This document shows, piece after piece, positions 16,844-31,433 of a DNA stretch of 64,000 nt; within the stretch, counting starts at the first letter, position 1; every line of letters begins with the position of its first letter. This stretch comes from Octopus vulgaris (taxonomy: Eukaryota). The position numbers and the translations under genes are program-made. The notes beneath the pieces are model-generated. The model saw nothing but the letters and a program-made list of their open reading frames with translations, had not been told where the DNA came from and did not search any database. The DNA lies in contig OX597829.1 of assembly GCA_951406725.2 (NCBI GenBank), forward strand, positions 5,890,001 to 5,954,000, read 5' to 3'.

Positions 16844-17006
16844 GACAAGCTTCTTTCAGTTTGCTTTCTACCAAATCCACTCACAAGGATTTCGTCGGAT
16901 CGAGGTTATAGTAATCGACACTTGCCCAAGGTACCACACAGTGGGACTGACCCCGGAACCATGTGGGTGGTAAGCAAGATTCTTACCATACACCTACCCC
17001 TGCGGC

Positions 17007-17008
<2 letters not shown>
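16635..17008 (-). mobile_element. SINE family A copy
   Basis: Reverse-complement match with an internal (CA)n. Confidence 0.82.
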
Positions 17009-17057
<49 letters not shown>

Positions 17058-17224
17058 ACATTATATATACATACACATACACACATCATGTATTCAGATA
17101 TGCAGACACGAATGCATGATTTTATTTTATGTATAACGACGAAAGACTTTTCTGTATATGCATATTACTCATACAATCTCTTTTCTATTCATACACACAT
17201 TTGCGTCCACCCGCGTGCATGCCG

Positions 17225-17532
17225 ACCCAAGAGTTATTCATTGTAAGAATAGCACTTATTCTATCGGTCTCTTTTTACGGGGACGTAAACACACCAAGTG
17301 ATTTTGTGAGGACAAACACAGTCACACAAACACACACACACCCACACATACATACACACATATATATAATATATACGACGGGCTTCTTTCAGTTTCCGTC
17401 TACCAAATCCACTCACAAGGCCTTGGTCGGCCCGAGGCTATAGTAGAAAACACTTGCCCAAGGTTCCACGCAGTGGGACTGAACCCGGAACCATGTGGTT
17501 GGTAAGCAAGCTACTTACCACACAGCCACTCC
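17225..17532 (-). mobile_element. SINE family A copy
   Basis: Near-consensus head ...GAACCCGGAACCATGTGGTTGGTAAGCAAGCTACTTACCACACAGCCACTCC. Confidence 0.88.
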
Positions 17533-17547
17533 ATATATATACACACT

Positions 17548-17582
<35 letters not shown>

Positions 17583-17676
17583 GTATGTATATATGTATAT
17601 ATATGTATGTATGTATGCATATATGTGTGTGTATATACCTATTTATTTATTTCTATTGCGTGTATATACATGCATA

Positions 17677-17773
<97 letters not shown>

Positions 17774-18087
17774 GTATATATTCATTTATATATTCCTGTT
17801 TAGAATATTATCTAGTGTTTTCAGATTTATGCTTAGTATTAATTTTTCCCAGACAGTTATGGTGCATTTTTTAAAGATTATTAAATATAGATGAAATATA
17901 GGCGCAGAGAACTCTTCGCATAATATTTCTATTGCTTTCTTGTATGTTCCTAGTGTTTAGAAATCAATTTAATGACACTTTTCCAGTTATTGTCTTGTCT
18001 TGCTATGTCCCCCTTCATCTTCAGCGCCCTTGCTTCAAATGTAATGTAAAAGAAATATCTTTTTATTCAAATTTTGAAGAGAAACTA

Positions 18088-18158
<71 letters not shown>

Positions 18159-19676
18159 GCTGCTGCTACTGCTACTGCTGCTGCTGCTGCAATAATAATA
18201 ATGATAACAATAATAATAACAATTATTATTATTATTATTGTAATTTTTGATTTTAATGTTGTTGTTTACCACTGTCTTGCCTTCTCTGTAGTTCGCTGTC
18301 TGCCTCTGCCGCAATCTGATATGCGATGCTCTGTAGTCGTTCTGGCTCGTGCTGCTAGTTCTCAGCCGTCGCATCACTACTGATTATTTTTGGTTGCAAT
18401 TTTCTCTCCATCTCCCTTTTCACTTTGGTAGTGTTAGTGTTTTAAACAGTGTTTATAGTGTTACATTGCAATCATGTTTGCTTGTAGTTATTCAAGCAGA
18501 CGTAGCAATACACACTTCATAGTGACAAGCATATAATCGCACCTTCATGCACTGTGATGGTAGACAAACGCACATCATGCACTGTGCGTTCACACACAAA
18601 TAACTGCACGCGCACTCATATACAAACGAATTTCAACGTGTTTGTGTATGTGTGTGTGTGTTTGTGTGTAGTGGTGAAGGGAATGTTGTGTATGCGTTTG
18701 TGCGTGGGAATGTGATGCGTGTGCAAACGTGTCTATCTCACGCATAATCTCAAAGATATTATCGAAAAAAATATATGGTTTGTAGTGGTGATGGGGATGA
18801 GGATGATGACGACAACGATGATGATGATGATGATGATGATGATGGTGGTGTCGGTATTGGTTGTGGTAGTTGTGGTGGTGAATAAGATGATGATGATGAT
18901 GATGATGATGATAATGATAGTAATTTTGTTGATGGTGGTGATGGTGACTATCATTCTGATGTTAACGACAGGATGCTGATGGCTGAGATGACAAAGCTGA
19001 TAAACATTGGGAAAATATTGATGATGATAGTGGTGATGATTTTGACGGTGATTGTACATCTTAGCAGATGTACAATGCCACAATTATGTGGTAGCATTAT
19101 TCGATTTAATGAGCTCCAGTATAAGAATAGTACTTACATTCTTCGATCCCAGAATCAGCAGACAAAATTATTATCAACCTGCCGTGAACACTGGACTAAA
19201 CTAGATACAGCAAATATTTCCAAGTAATATCGATTCAATCATCATTCTAACAATGACAATCAGAGCAATTTTATTAATTCGTATGTTAGTCATATTAAAT
19301 ATGGTTAAATATTCAGGTATAAACGTTTTCTCAGATCACACCTAACGTGGATTGTACCATGAAGTTTCTGGTAATTTTTTTTAAAGTATTGATCTTTTCT
19401 GCTTTATACGGTTGATCTTTAAATGATAAAGTATTAGAAATAAATTAAAAAAGAATTTCGAAATGATACAATTAGGGAAGACTGCAATTATATCAAGTAT
19501 AATGATACCGGGAAATTTCTATTATAAGTAGAGTATTACTGAAGGAAGAAGCTGAAAAATTATTCCACTGCTCCTTGTACATATGTGAAACACTGATCTC
19601 TACATGCAGGTTGTAATGTGATTTTGAAAAATTTTGCGTTGTTCATTTTCAAGTGTCGATATTGTGTCTCTTACAT

Positions 19677-19872
19677 GACGGCGCGCTGGCAGAATCATCG
19701 GCGTGCGGGGCAAAATGCTTAGCGGCATTTCGTTCGTATTCACGTTTTGAACTCTGAGTTCAAATTTCGTCGAGGACGACTTTGCCTTTCATCCTTTCGA
19801 GGTCGGTAAAATAAGTACCAGTTATGCACTGGGGTCGATGCGATGTAATCAGCTTACACACCTACCCGAAAT
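19677..19872 (+). mobile_element. SINE family B (Nin/Deu-like central domain)
   Basis: GCTGGCAGAATC...TGAGTTCAAAT...GACTTTGCCTTTCATCCTTTCGAGGTCGGTAAAATAAGTACCAG. Confidence 0.85.
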
Positions 19873-19886
19873 ATTTAAACACTTAA

Positions 19887-19961
<75 letters not shown>

Positions 19962-20248
19962 TGTGTGTGCGTGTGTGCATATATATGAAAAGGAATACAA
20001 AAAGTGGGGCAAAAATGCAAAACATCCAGACAGATGATACAAAAGAGGGACAAGAACAAACACTGATTCGAAGTTTTGTTTCCTTAGTTGAGTTCCAGAT
20101 TATCTTTGCAATTTCGGCTGGTTATACTCGAGATTGATCCAATCTGGTTTGCCCCAAGGAAAAAACTAAGCTAAGAACATTAGATTCCTTGGAAAAAAAA
20201 CAGCGAATGTATACGAAAACAAGGACAAAGAAACGGAGAAAATGTACA

Positions 20249-20343
<95 letters not shown>

Positions 20344-20410
20344 GCATATATATATACATATATATATTAAAAAATCAGATCTATATCTATCAGTCGATCT
20401 ATCTATGGAG

Positions 20411-20459
<49 letters not shown>

Positions 20460-20553
20460 TATATAAAAAAATCAGATCTACATCGATCTATGTCTACACC
20501 TAGTTATATGTATGTAATGTGTGTGTGTTTAGATAGATAGATGAATAGGTAGG

Positions 20554-20616
<63 letters not shown>

Positions 20617-21346
20617 TTAAATAGATAGATAAAAAGGTAGATAGATAGATATACATATACGCATGCACGATTGATCCTGCAGCGCTTAGAAAACCTGACA
20701 TTTTAGGTCCAGTATTTTATGTGAAAGAATTCTTTTACAGCACCTCATAGACGACCTCCACCCTACTGACGTGATCCTGAAACAAGTCAAGGCAAGATTC
20801 CACTGTCAATAGGGACCGGAAACCAAAGAATGTGAGAGCGCATTAATCTCGAGCGCAAGCAAAGGATTTCAAAAATGCTAAATGTCACTTCTTGCATATC
20901 TGGTTTTATATCAGAGTGACCTCTTCCGAGGGACATGCCTTAATAGAAGCTGATGAGTGTCTCACTCCCGCTACTCTTCCAGCAGGTTGGACACCAACCT
21001 GGAATTTCTGAGGACCCGTGCTATTGCTAGATAGTCATTGAGCCTAAACAGGATTCATCGGTGCTTTTAACAGTCCAGTTGGTTTTCTAGCAATTCTCCT
21101 CAGCAGGCAAACCCAATGGGAGTTTTGTTTTAGTTTCCGACGACCCGGCTATGTAACCAAGTGAACTTGATTCCATATTAGCAGTATCACTCTTGAGAGA
21201 CCTCACAAGTGATCGGGCATGCATTTATATACACAAATAACCCCCATATCTCACCCTACAAACTCATATACTCACATACACATACATATATATTTATACA
21301 TCCAAATATAAATCATATATATATATATATATATATATATTTGTAT

Positions 21347-21413
<67 letters not shown>

Positions 21414-21718
21414 ACATACATTCAGATAGACATATAGATAGATATATAAGAGAATTTTTACTTGCGGCCGATGTTAATTAAAAACTAATCTTCATAGTAC
21501 TAGGTACATATATTTTCTCTTACTACTACTACTACTACTACTGAGTAATAACCTTATAGCGAGCTTTCCAAAGCTTCTCTATGGGTACTGGCTACCATAT
21601 GCCATCATACAGCAGGAATTCTCCTTGTACTGGATATGCATGAGGGAATCCATTATTCTATGTAGAATTCATACAAAACAAAAAACAAAAACGTATTGAA
21701 TGAAAAAAACTTTTATCC

Positions 21719-21901
21719 AAATCACTACAATTGTTTCAGTGCCAGTAGTATCAGTTATTAATTGCTGAGTGTTTCACATATTATACATATTATTATGATC
21801 CAGCAATATCTGCTCACTTGCACATCATCAAGTGAGTTGCTTTGCGAAACACTCCGCAATTAACAGCTGATGCGAATGCAGAGAAACAATTGTAGTGATT
21901 T
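21719..21901. repeat. Imperfect inverted repeat containing a degenerate minus-strand hammerhead motif
   Basis: aaatcactacaattgtttc... pairs with ...gaaacaattgtagtgattt. The minus strand of 21722-21835 reads TCAC-TTGATGA-TGTGC...GCACT-GAAA-CAATTG-TA-GTGA. Confidence 0.6.
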
Positions 21902-22023
21902 GTACTAAAACCTGATCATTCCATCATCTTGTATTAGAAAATGACTAATGCATAGTTGTATTAGTGACATAACACTCGCCATGTGTTTGTAATAATAATA
22001 ATAATAACAATAATAATAATAAT

Positions 22024-23187
22024 GATACACGGGCAATAGCATCATTTCAGTATGAAGCTGCAATCATAAAATGGCGAAAGAAAGAACTGACAGTGCACGG
22101 AGCCTTCGACCCTAAGAATGACACCGATAAGCTGTACTTGCCCAAAAGAAGGGGTAGGAGAGGTTTGATCAGTTGCTAGGACTGTATCGAAAGAGAGGAA
22201 AACAGCTTAGTGTTGTACGTAAAATATACTGTGGAACCATTGTTGAAAGATGTGAAGAAATCCGGTGTCATTTAAACTGATAACTTTGGAAAGAAATAAA
22301 GCTTAAAGACGAAAAGAACATAAGAAAAGTAACAGCATGAGAGGAGAAAAAATGTAAGGTCAGTTTGTAAGAGATGGGAACACCAAGACAGAAGCAGAAG
22401 ACCGGTAGCTATGGATGAGGAGGAGTGACCTGAAGATAGAGACACAAGCACTTATACACGCAGCACAAGTACAGGCGTTAAGGCCTATGCGAAGTGTAGA
22501 ATCGACAACACTACTGACAGTGAAAAATACAGAATGTGTGGTGAGAAGCGTAAAACGCTATGGCACATCATTTGCGAAAGCTCGAAATTTGGCTCAACAC
22601 GAATATATAAGACAACATGAGAATGTGGTAAGAACCATCCATTAGGAGCTCTGTGGAAATCACGGCCTACAAAGAGCAAAGGGATGGTGTGAGCAAACCC
22701 CAGAGTCACCGAGAATTTAAATGGCAAAATCCTGTGGGATGCAATGATTTAGTACGATTACCTAACCAAACATCGGAAACGGACATTGTTGTGGTGAATA
22801 AAAAAGAAAGAACATGCATCATAATTACCATAGTATGTCCCGGTGACAACAGGATCAAAAACACAAAAAAAGAAGAAAAACTGATCAACTACGCCCGTTT
22901 GAAGTGAGAAATACGAAGGTTGTAGTGAATGAGGAGAATAGACGTGATACGAATAGTACTCGGCGCACTTGGAAGTATCAACACCCAACTACCAACATGG
23001 CTCAAAAAGATTGGAACCAATGCAAAGGTAGAATACTTACAAAAGTAAGCATTGCTTGGAACTACAAGAATTATTCGCAGCGTTCTTGAAGCATGACCTC
23101 TAAACAAGTGTCACCTTAGTCTGCTGGCTGTGGACAGCTGACGCTTACCATAATACCCAGCAAAATAACGAGGGCGTTTTCATCAAA
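22024..23187 (+). mobile_element. Decayed, 5'-truncated R4/Dong-like non-LTR retrotransposon (zinc knuckle + restriction-like endonuclease + 3' UTR)
   Basis: Broken frames give DKLYLPKRRGRRGL, DLKIETQALIHAAQ, YRMCG...HIICES..LAQHEYIRQHENV, KILWD, KPDIVVVNKKERTC, IVLGALG, LLGTTRIIRSVL; flanked by (AAT)n-type sequence. Confidence 0.85.
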
Positions 23188-24130
23188 TAATGATAATGCA
23201 TAAATACATACCTATGCAATATGTACCTATTCATACACAGTGTAACACAGGCACACAGCACAGACTGCATAGAGACACATCTTGAAGCTATTTCCCAATT
23301 TTTCTTCTGATTTCTTTTATTCATTTGAAAACCATCCAAATTCTACTACGATTTTTCATTCTAGTCTCTCTTTCACTACTTCTTTAGTATATATTTCCCT
23401 TTCTCTTTGACACACATAGACACAAGCACAAACATACATACACACACGTACACAAAAGCGAATTAACGAATAAAGTTGCCTTTTGCGCGATCGACGTATG
23501 ATCTGTCAGTACTGCATCTAAATTTTTCTCGATACACACACTCTACGCTCTCCGGTAAACTAAAGGCATATTAGTTAAAAATCGCCCATCGTAACTTTTA
23601 GTAAGAACATGGCATTCTAATCACGGCCGAAATCCTATGACCATATGTTTTGCAAACTTGTGGCTAACTATATCAACAAGAATGCAAAATGAACTCAGAT
23701 ACAATAATTTCCTGAATGTTTCGTTATCATTTCCGTTAACACATCGTTTGTTATCCATTTCTTCCTTGAGTTATTATCGCTATCGTTTTCTTCATCAATC
23801 ATACTTAAATTCTCATCTGAAGTTGTTTTTTTTTTTTTGTTATTTCAGTGATCGAGAGAACAGATGATTTTAGAAATATGGGCAATGACCTAATCTACTC
23901 CAGAAAGATGGGGGAATCAGAGAATATCATATCAGGTAACTGATTATAATTTTTTTTAAATGTTGTTTTGAGACTACCGTTGCTTTTCATTCTTTTGGGG
24001 TCGATACCAAATAAGCATTGTGGTAGGTGTAATCGACTTACCCCTCCATGAAAGATTTCAGGTCATGTGGCTGTAATGGAAATTATTAATATTATTATTA
24101 ATATTATTATTATTATTATTATTATTATTA

Positions 24131-24240
<110 letters not shown>

Positions 24241-24264
24241 GCTGCTATTGTTGTTGTTGTTGTT

Positions 24265-24420
24265 AAGGCAGTGAGTTCTCAGAATCGTTAGCTTACCGGA
24301 CAAAATTCAAATTTAGTTCATCTTTACATTTTGAGTTCAAATTCTGCCGTGTTCGACTTTGCTTTTTCATCCTTTGAAAGTCGATAAAATAATTAGCAGC
24401 GGAGCATTGTGATCGATGAA
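24265..24420 (+). mobile_element. SINE family B copy
   Basis: Family B motifs following (TTA)n/(TTG)n. Confidence 0.75.
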
Positions 24421-24900
24421 ATGGGAAGGAATTATCAAAATATAGACTGACACCAAAACCGAAGAATTAAGTGAAAACGATGTATGCAAATTCTTCAGAA
24501 GAGATGAAAGTGATAAAATGCAAAACAGAAATAAAAGGAGAAATTTAAGAGTACTACAGAAAAGGAAAAGATAATATTAAAAAGTCGATTAAATGTTAGA
24601 AACATGATAACAAGTATAGATGTCTTAAACATCCCAGATTTAAGCTACAACTTCAATATAACAAAACTGGGAGTTCAGTGAATTGAAATGTTCAGACAGA
24701 AGAACCGGATAACTACTGAGTTCGAAAGCTGGTAAGGATAGAATATACCTATCCTGTATATAAGGAGTACATCATCTGATACATATAGAGAATTACTTCA
24801 AAGTAAGAAGAGTAGGACTAGAAAAATATCTAGGAACAAACACAAAATTACTTGAAGTACACAAGTAATAAGAAATATGAAGAAAACAAAAATATCATTT
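24420..24900 (+). mobile_element. Highly decayed R4-like RT C-terminal fragment
   Basis: Resembles 39750-40100 (ILKSRLN.RNMI, IPDLSYNF); a homologous inverted copy lies at about 25873-26167. Confidence 0.55.
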
Positions 24901-24914
24901 AAACTCTTGCGCGT

Positions 24915-25110
24915 GTGTGTTTGCGTTCGTGGTTTTCCCCTCATCATTGCTTGAAAACCGGTATTCAAACGGTTTGACAGAAGAAACCAATAAAATAAGT
25001 ACTAGGCTTAGAAAAAGAAGTCCTGAGGTCGATTTATTCAACTAAAACACTTCACGGCAGTTCTCCAGCAAGGCCGCAGTCAAATGACTGAAACTAGTAA
25101 AATAAAAAAA
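24915..25110 (+). mobile_element. SINE family A 3' half
   Basis: AATAAGTACTAGGCTT...GGTCGATTT...CTCCAGCAAGGCCGCAGTCAAATGACTGAAAC. Confidence 0.75.
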
Positions 25111-25872
25111 GAAGTTATCGGACAGGGCTGCCAGTAGATGACCGTTTGAAGGCATATGAAATCCTTGTGCCTTTCGAGATATAGAGATTAATTACAAAAA
25201 AATTTTTCTTGCTTCTCATTTATCAAAATATGAGACCGGAAAATGGATGTGTCCTAATTTGTTACATAATTTTTCCAGATAATTATTTCTTTTGCTAAGT
25301 AATTTATATCTAGAATCTGTTTGGATGGTTGGGAACGTTTTTCATTTCGAGATATCAACTACTTCTCTTGCTGAAGTGTATTTGCGTGTCATTGCTGTAT
25401 TTTTCTTTGTGTTTTTTTCTTTCTTTCTTGTGTTTTTTTCTTTCTTTCTTTTTATAATTATCATAATTCGAGTCGTTTAATTGTTCTAAATTATGCTATA
25501 TTTTCTGTCGGAAAATCTTTTGTTAATTGTTAAGTAAATGAATTTAACTGAGGAATTAAAACTGTTTTTCCCGCTCTGTTTTATGCCTGTAAAAACATGT
25601 TTGTGTTTACGGTCGATCACTTTTTTTTTTTTTTTTTACACATTAAATTTATTTTTAGTCGAATGTAGAGAAATTAAGGGAGACAGTTAAATTTATACCT
25701 CTCTATTTAGGAGTTCCGCATTAAAATTTTCCATTGCAGTTTCAACTAATAAAAATTCATTTAATAGGAGAGACAGACAAAAACCGCGACCATCTCAGTT
25801 CACAATAATAGTAATTCTTTCTACTATAGACACAGGGCCTGAAATCTTTGTTGCGAGGAAAGAACTCTATTA

Positions 25873-26640
25873 GAGTTAGCCGATACTTCTGTCTGAACAT
25901 TTCAGTCCACTGAACTCCCAAATTTTGTTATATTGATGTTGTAGCATGAAACTGGGATGTCTAAGGAACTTATACCTGTTATCATGTTTCTAATCCACAT
26001 TTTAATATTATCTTTTGGTTTTCTATAGCACTCTTTTTAAATTTCTCCATTTATTTCTGTTTTCCATTTTATCTCTTTCATCTCCTCTCAAAAATTTGTA
26101 TACATGGTTTCGACCTAATTCTTTGATTTTAGTGTCACTTTATGATTTGTTAATTTCTTTCCATTTTATAGTTGTTTTGAGACATTTCTATAATGATTTT
26201 ACGTCCCGACTAAATTGTTTAGCAATGTTTCGAGTGTTTTCCAATAAATAGATCATAGATGACAGAGAGAATCATCATCACTTTCTTCATTATTATTTCA
26301 CTTACGTACAACAGATTAGACTGTTGGAAACGAAAATTTCTTAGCATCGGGCTACAAGTAACATTAGTTGCCAAGAACTCTCCTGAGTATCCTAGCTATC
26401 CCTAATAATGTTTTCTGGAGCTGTTCTAAACTTTATTTTATGCCTATTTCTTCTATCCACCTGTTCAAATTTTTAGGGTTATTTCCTAATGCCCCTATAA
26501 CTACAGGGATACATTTTACTCGTATTTTCTATAGCCTCTCACTCAACGGCCAGGTCCTATACCTCTCATATTGACTTCCTCTATACCTCTCATATTGACT
26601 TCCTCCATATTTGTGACTTTAAAGTGAATTATCTGGTACC
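25873..26640 (-). mobile_element. Decayed R4-like LINE fragments (RT C-terminal segment and endonuclease C-terminus)
   Basis: 25873-26167 is a reverse-complement homolog of 24420-24715. 26365-26525 reads IPVVIGALGNNPKNLNRWIEEIG..LQKTLLGIARILRRVL on minus. 24-bp tandem duplication at 26557-26604. Confidence 0.65.
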
Positions 26641-27462
26641 TTCTAATTATTATTGTTGTTGTTGTTGTTATGCATAGTCAGTAAATATAATATTAACTTA
26701 CTTAATCTACTCTGAATTTAACATTTACTCTTCATCTTTAGTTAAATAAGATCCGGTACTATCCGAATAAGTTGATTAAATTAATCGAACCCCTTTTTAC
26801 AGGATGTATGACGTTATATCTAAGACACCGTCGTTATTATTACTATTATGTCAGTATTGATATGTTAAAGAAATCTTGTTTCACATATGCCGTAGCAAAT
26901 GTTCAGTGGCCTCTGTACAAATCGATAAATAATCTTACATTCTTAGAGTCCCGTGTTTAATAACAAAATCAATATCTTCATTGATATCGTTAACAATTAA
27001 CGACTCTAGGCACTTATGAAAGATATTTCCTTAGACTTATTTTCGATTGAGACACTGATATCTTACTATAGTCGGATTGTTATGCCCGAAAACTGGCTCT
27101 TTGATTTCTTTAAGCATGAATAAAAGTGCCCACTTCTTAATTTCTCGACATGATTTATCTGCAAGGGTAATCAAGAGGATTCAAAATTAAAAAAAAAGAG
27201 TGGGGTTTCAGTAAAGATCAGCGAATCAGTGAAATAAAATATAATGTTCTGTGCCACGCAGGGTGTTTACACAAACTGTTAGGTATTCTTTCTTCAATTC
27301 ATTTTCCTTAAGTGTATCTCAATAATATACCTCAGCTTTACATATTTTAAGATGGCGGGTGTGATAAAAAGCGGGTGGGAAAAACGTTCTAAGCACAGGA
27401 AGATGATGTTACAGCTTTGAGTAACTCACTGAATCACTAGTCGATTTCCATTGTTGTAGCGG

Positions 27463-27725
<263 letters not shown>

Positions 27726-28570
27726 TCTTGAAAACACTCAGCTTATTTTGCTGGGTATGATGGAAAGTGTCAGCTGTCCATAACCGGCAGACTAGCGTGG
27801 CACTCGTTTACTGGTCATGCTTCAAAAAGAATTCCTTGCAGTTCCAAGCAATGCTGATTTTTGTAGGTGTTCCACCTTCACACTTGTACCAATCTTTTTG
27901 AGCCACGTTGGTAGTTGAGTTCTGATACTTCCAAGTGCACCAATTACTATTCGTATCGCGTCTTCTCTCTTCATTCACCACAACTTTCGTATTTCCCACT
28001 TTAAATCGTCGTAGTTGTTTATTTTTTCTTCTTCTTTCACATTGATCCTGTTGTCACCGGGGCATGCAATGTCGATTATCATACATGTTCTTTCTTTTTT
28101 ATTCACCACAGCATTGTCCAGTTTCCGATGTCTGGTCGGGTGATCGCACTAAATCATTGCCTCCCACAGAATTTTGCAATTCTCATTCTCGGTGACTCCT
28201 TCTGGAGTGTTCTCATACAACGTCTTTGCTCTTGGTAGACCGTGATTTCCACAGAACTCCCAAAGCATAATTTTTGCCATATTGTCATGGCGTCTTTTGT
28301 ATTCGCGTTGTTTCAATTCCGGGCGTCTCACCATACATTCTGCATTTGTCGCTATCAGTAATCTTATCTGTTCTGCACTTCATATAGTTGGTCCTTAACG
28401 CTTGTTCATGAGCTGCGCATATGAGTGCTTCGGTTTCTATCTCCTCATCAATAGCTACCGATCTTCTATATTTGTCTTGGCGTTGGCGTCGAACATTTTT
28501 TTCTTTCCATGCTTTTTCTTTTTTCTTTGGTTCATTTCTTGTCTAAAATTTTCTTTCGTTAAACAACTTT
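27726..28570 (-). mobile_element. Decayed R4/Dong-like LINE, same family as 22024-23187
   Basis: Minus-strand peptides REYKRRHDNMAKIMLWEFCGNHGL...ENENCKILWEAMI and IIDIACPGDNRI. Its 3' UTR matches 23090-23187. Embedded between long (TTA)n tracts. Confidence 0.85.
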
Positions 28571-28623
28571 CATTATTATTATTATTATTATTATTATTGT
28601 TATTATTATTATTATTATTATTA

Positions 28624-28661
<38 letters not shown>

Positions 28662-28701
28662 ATTATTATTATTATTATCAATATTATTATTATTATTATT
28701 A

Positions 28702-28732
<31 letters not shown>

Positions 28733-28803
28733 GATTATTATTATTATCATTATTATTATTATTATTATCAACATTATTATTATTATCATCATCATTATTA
28801 TCA

Positions 28804-28840
<37 letters not shown>

Positions 28841-28845
28841 TATTA

Positions 28846-28933
<88 letters not shown>

Positions 28934-28969
28934 CAACATTATTATCATTATTATTATTATTATTATCAA

Positions 28970-29068
<99 letters not shown>
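28571..29068. repeat. Long imperfect (TTA)n microsatellite
   Basis: Direct reading. Confidence 0.95.
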
Positions 29069-29511
29069 CTACAGCTGTGTTTTCATGTACACTGCGTCAC
29101 ATGAAAAAGTTTAATGGTTCATACCATTTCACCTTTCTCTCTGAATTACCCTTCTCTTAATTTCACTCTTTCTTCATTTAATACCATTTCTTCTTTTTTA
29201 AAATCAAACCATTCCATCTTTTATACCAATTGATTGCCGAGAGTGGATCCAACGTCTTCACTGCTCTTCGATCATTTTCATCATGCCTAGTTTTAAAGAA
29301 AGTAAATAAGCAAACTAACAAATAAATAAGTAAATAAATAAATCAGAAACAAATCAATTAATCCCCGTCTTCCACCAAAACAAATACCCTACTTAAAAAA
29401 ATCTTATTTCACCAAACCAAGAGAAAACTTCTGTGTTGCTCACTCCCCATTTAAGCCGTCTGTCAACATTCTAGGCATGGCTCTTGGCTCCTGCAATTTA
29501 TCCGACTTGTT

Positions 29512-29548
<37 letters not shown>

Positions 29549-29603
29549 TAGACATAGGTACATACATCCACACATATATGACAGCGTACGTATATGTTAT
29601 ATG

Positions 29604-29655
<52 letters not shown>

Positions 29656-29821
29656 AATGTAAACTTATATATTGTAGACATATGTACTTATATATACATG
29701 CGTATATGTATGTAAATTTGTATATGTGCACTCACAATTTTTGACAAACAAAATAGGAGTAATAATACATCTGAGTCCACGTTACAACCATTGTTCGTAG
29801 TTTCATAAAATTCTTCTTTTT

Positions 29822-29852
<31 letters not shown>

Positions 29853-29882
29853 TTCTTCTTCTCGTCGTTGTTGTTGTTGCTA

Positions 29883-29984
<102 letters not shown>

Positions 29985-29986
29985 GT

Positions 29987-30585
29987 AAGGTATCGTTTGC
30001 ATGCCGGATATAAAGCTTAGCGGCATTTCGTCCGTCTTTATGTTCTGTATTCAAAAATCTGAAGAGATCTTTTTTGCCGCCCGTCCTTTTGTGGTCAATA
30101 AAATAAGTACATGTAATCAATTCCCCACCACTCAAAAACTGCTGGCCCTGTGCCAGAATTTGAAACCAACATTATTACTACCATAGGCTTCAGTGTCGGG
30201 ATCAGTAGTGCATTTTGCCGTATTTAGTTATGTCTAATTCGATTTTCATTCTATTTTTCTGAGGCCAATAAAGCAAATATCAGTCAATTCCTGAAGTATA
30301 TATAATCGACAGTTATTTAATAAAGAAATGTTTATGCCTGTGTTCGAAATCATTAATTACTGAAAGGTTACGTAATAAAAAAAAAACTGTTATAATATAT
30401 AAATCGTTGAGTAAAACTCCAAGCTACAATGACTTTTTGCTTATATAATTCCGCCAAACAAAGTTAACTTTGTCTTTCATCTTTTCGGGGTCAAGAAATT
30501 AAGTAGCAGTTGAACACTGGGTTCGATGTAATCAACTTGCACCCTTCTCCGAAATGACTTGCCTTGAGCCAAAATTTGAAATCAT
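29987..30585 (+). mobile_element. Cluster of two or three diverged SINE family B copies
   Basis: Family B motifs at about 29987-30170 and 30445-30585, with a weaker remnant between them. Confidence 0.65.
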
Positions 30586-30889
30586 TATAATATACGGCTG
30601 GTCAAATAAAAAAAAAATGTCTTATGTCACATCTATTGCTGAAATGTACTGAGACTGAAACTAAACATCGAGAGGACAGTTAAGTATATTTAATAATATT
30701 TTGCTTAGTATCATGATTGGAAATTCGGTCATGGTACTATTTAGATACAAACTAAAGATTAGTTTTCTATTGAACAGTTGATGTATGACCGCGTATCTTC
30801 TTTTTTTTTTATCTAGCTTTACTTATAGTCATTGTGCCGGGAATTGAGTTATTACAACTCAACTTAAATGACGGCATTAGAGTTGCTAC

Positions 30890-31397
30890 ACTATATATAT
30901 GTATATACATACATATATACCTACGTACGTATGTACATACATACTTTCATTCATACATACATACATACATACATACATACATACATACATACATACATAC
31001 ATACATACGTACGTACATGCATACATGCATACATACGTACGTACGCATGTACATGCATACATACATACATACGTACATACATACATGCATACGTACGTAC
31101 GTACGTACATGCATACATACATACATACATACGTACATACATACATACATACGTACGTACGTACATGCATACATACGTACATACATACATGCATACATAC
31201 GTACGTACGTACATGCATACATGCATACATACATATGTACATACATACATGCATACATACGTACGTACGTACATGCATACATGCATACATTCATACATAC
31301 ATACATATGTACATACATACATACGTACGTACATACATTCATACATACATTCATACATACATACATACAAACATACATACATACATACATACATACA

Positions 31398-31432
<35 letters not shown>
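30890..31432. repeat. Complex tetranucleotide array (TACA with TACG/TGCA variants)
   Basis: About 540 bp of CATA/CGTA/CATG units. Confidence 0.95.
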
Positions 31433-31433
<1 letters not shown>

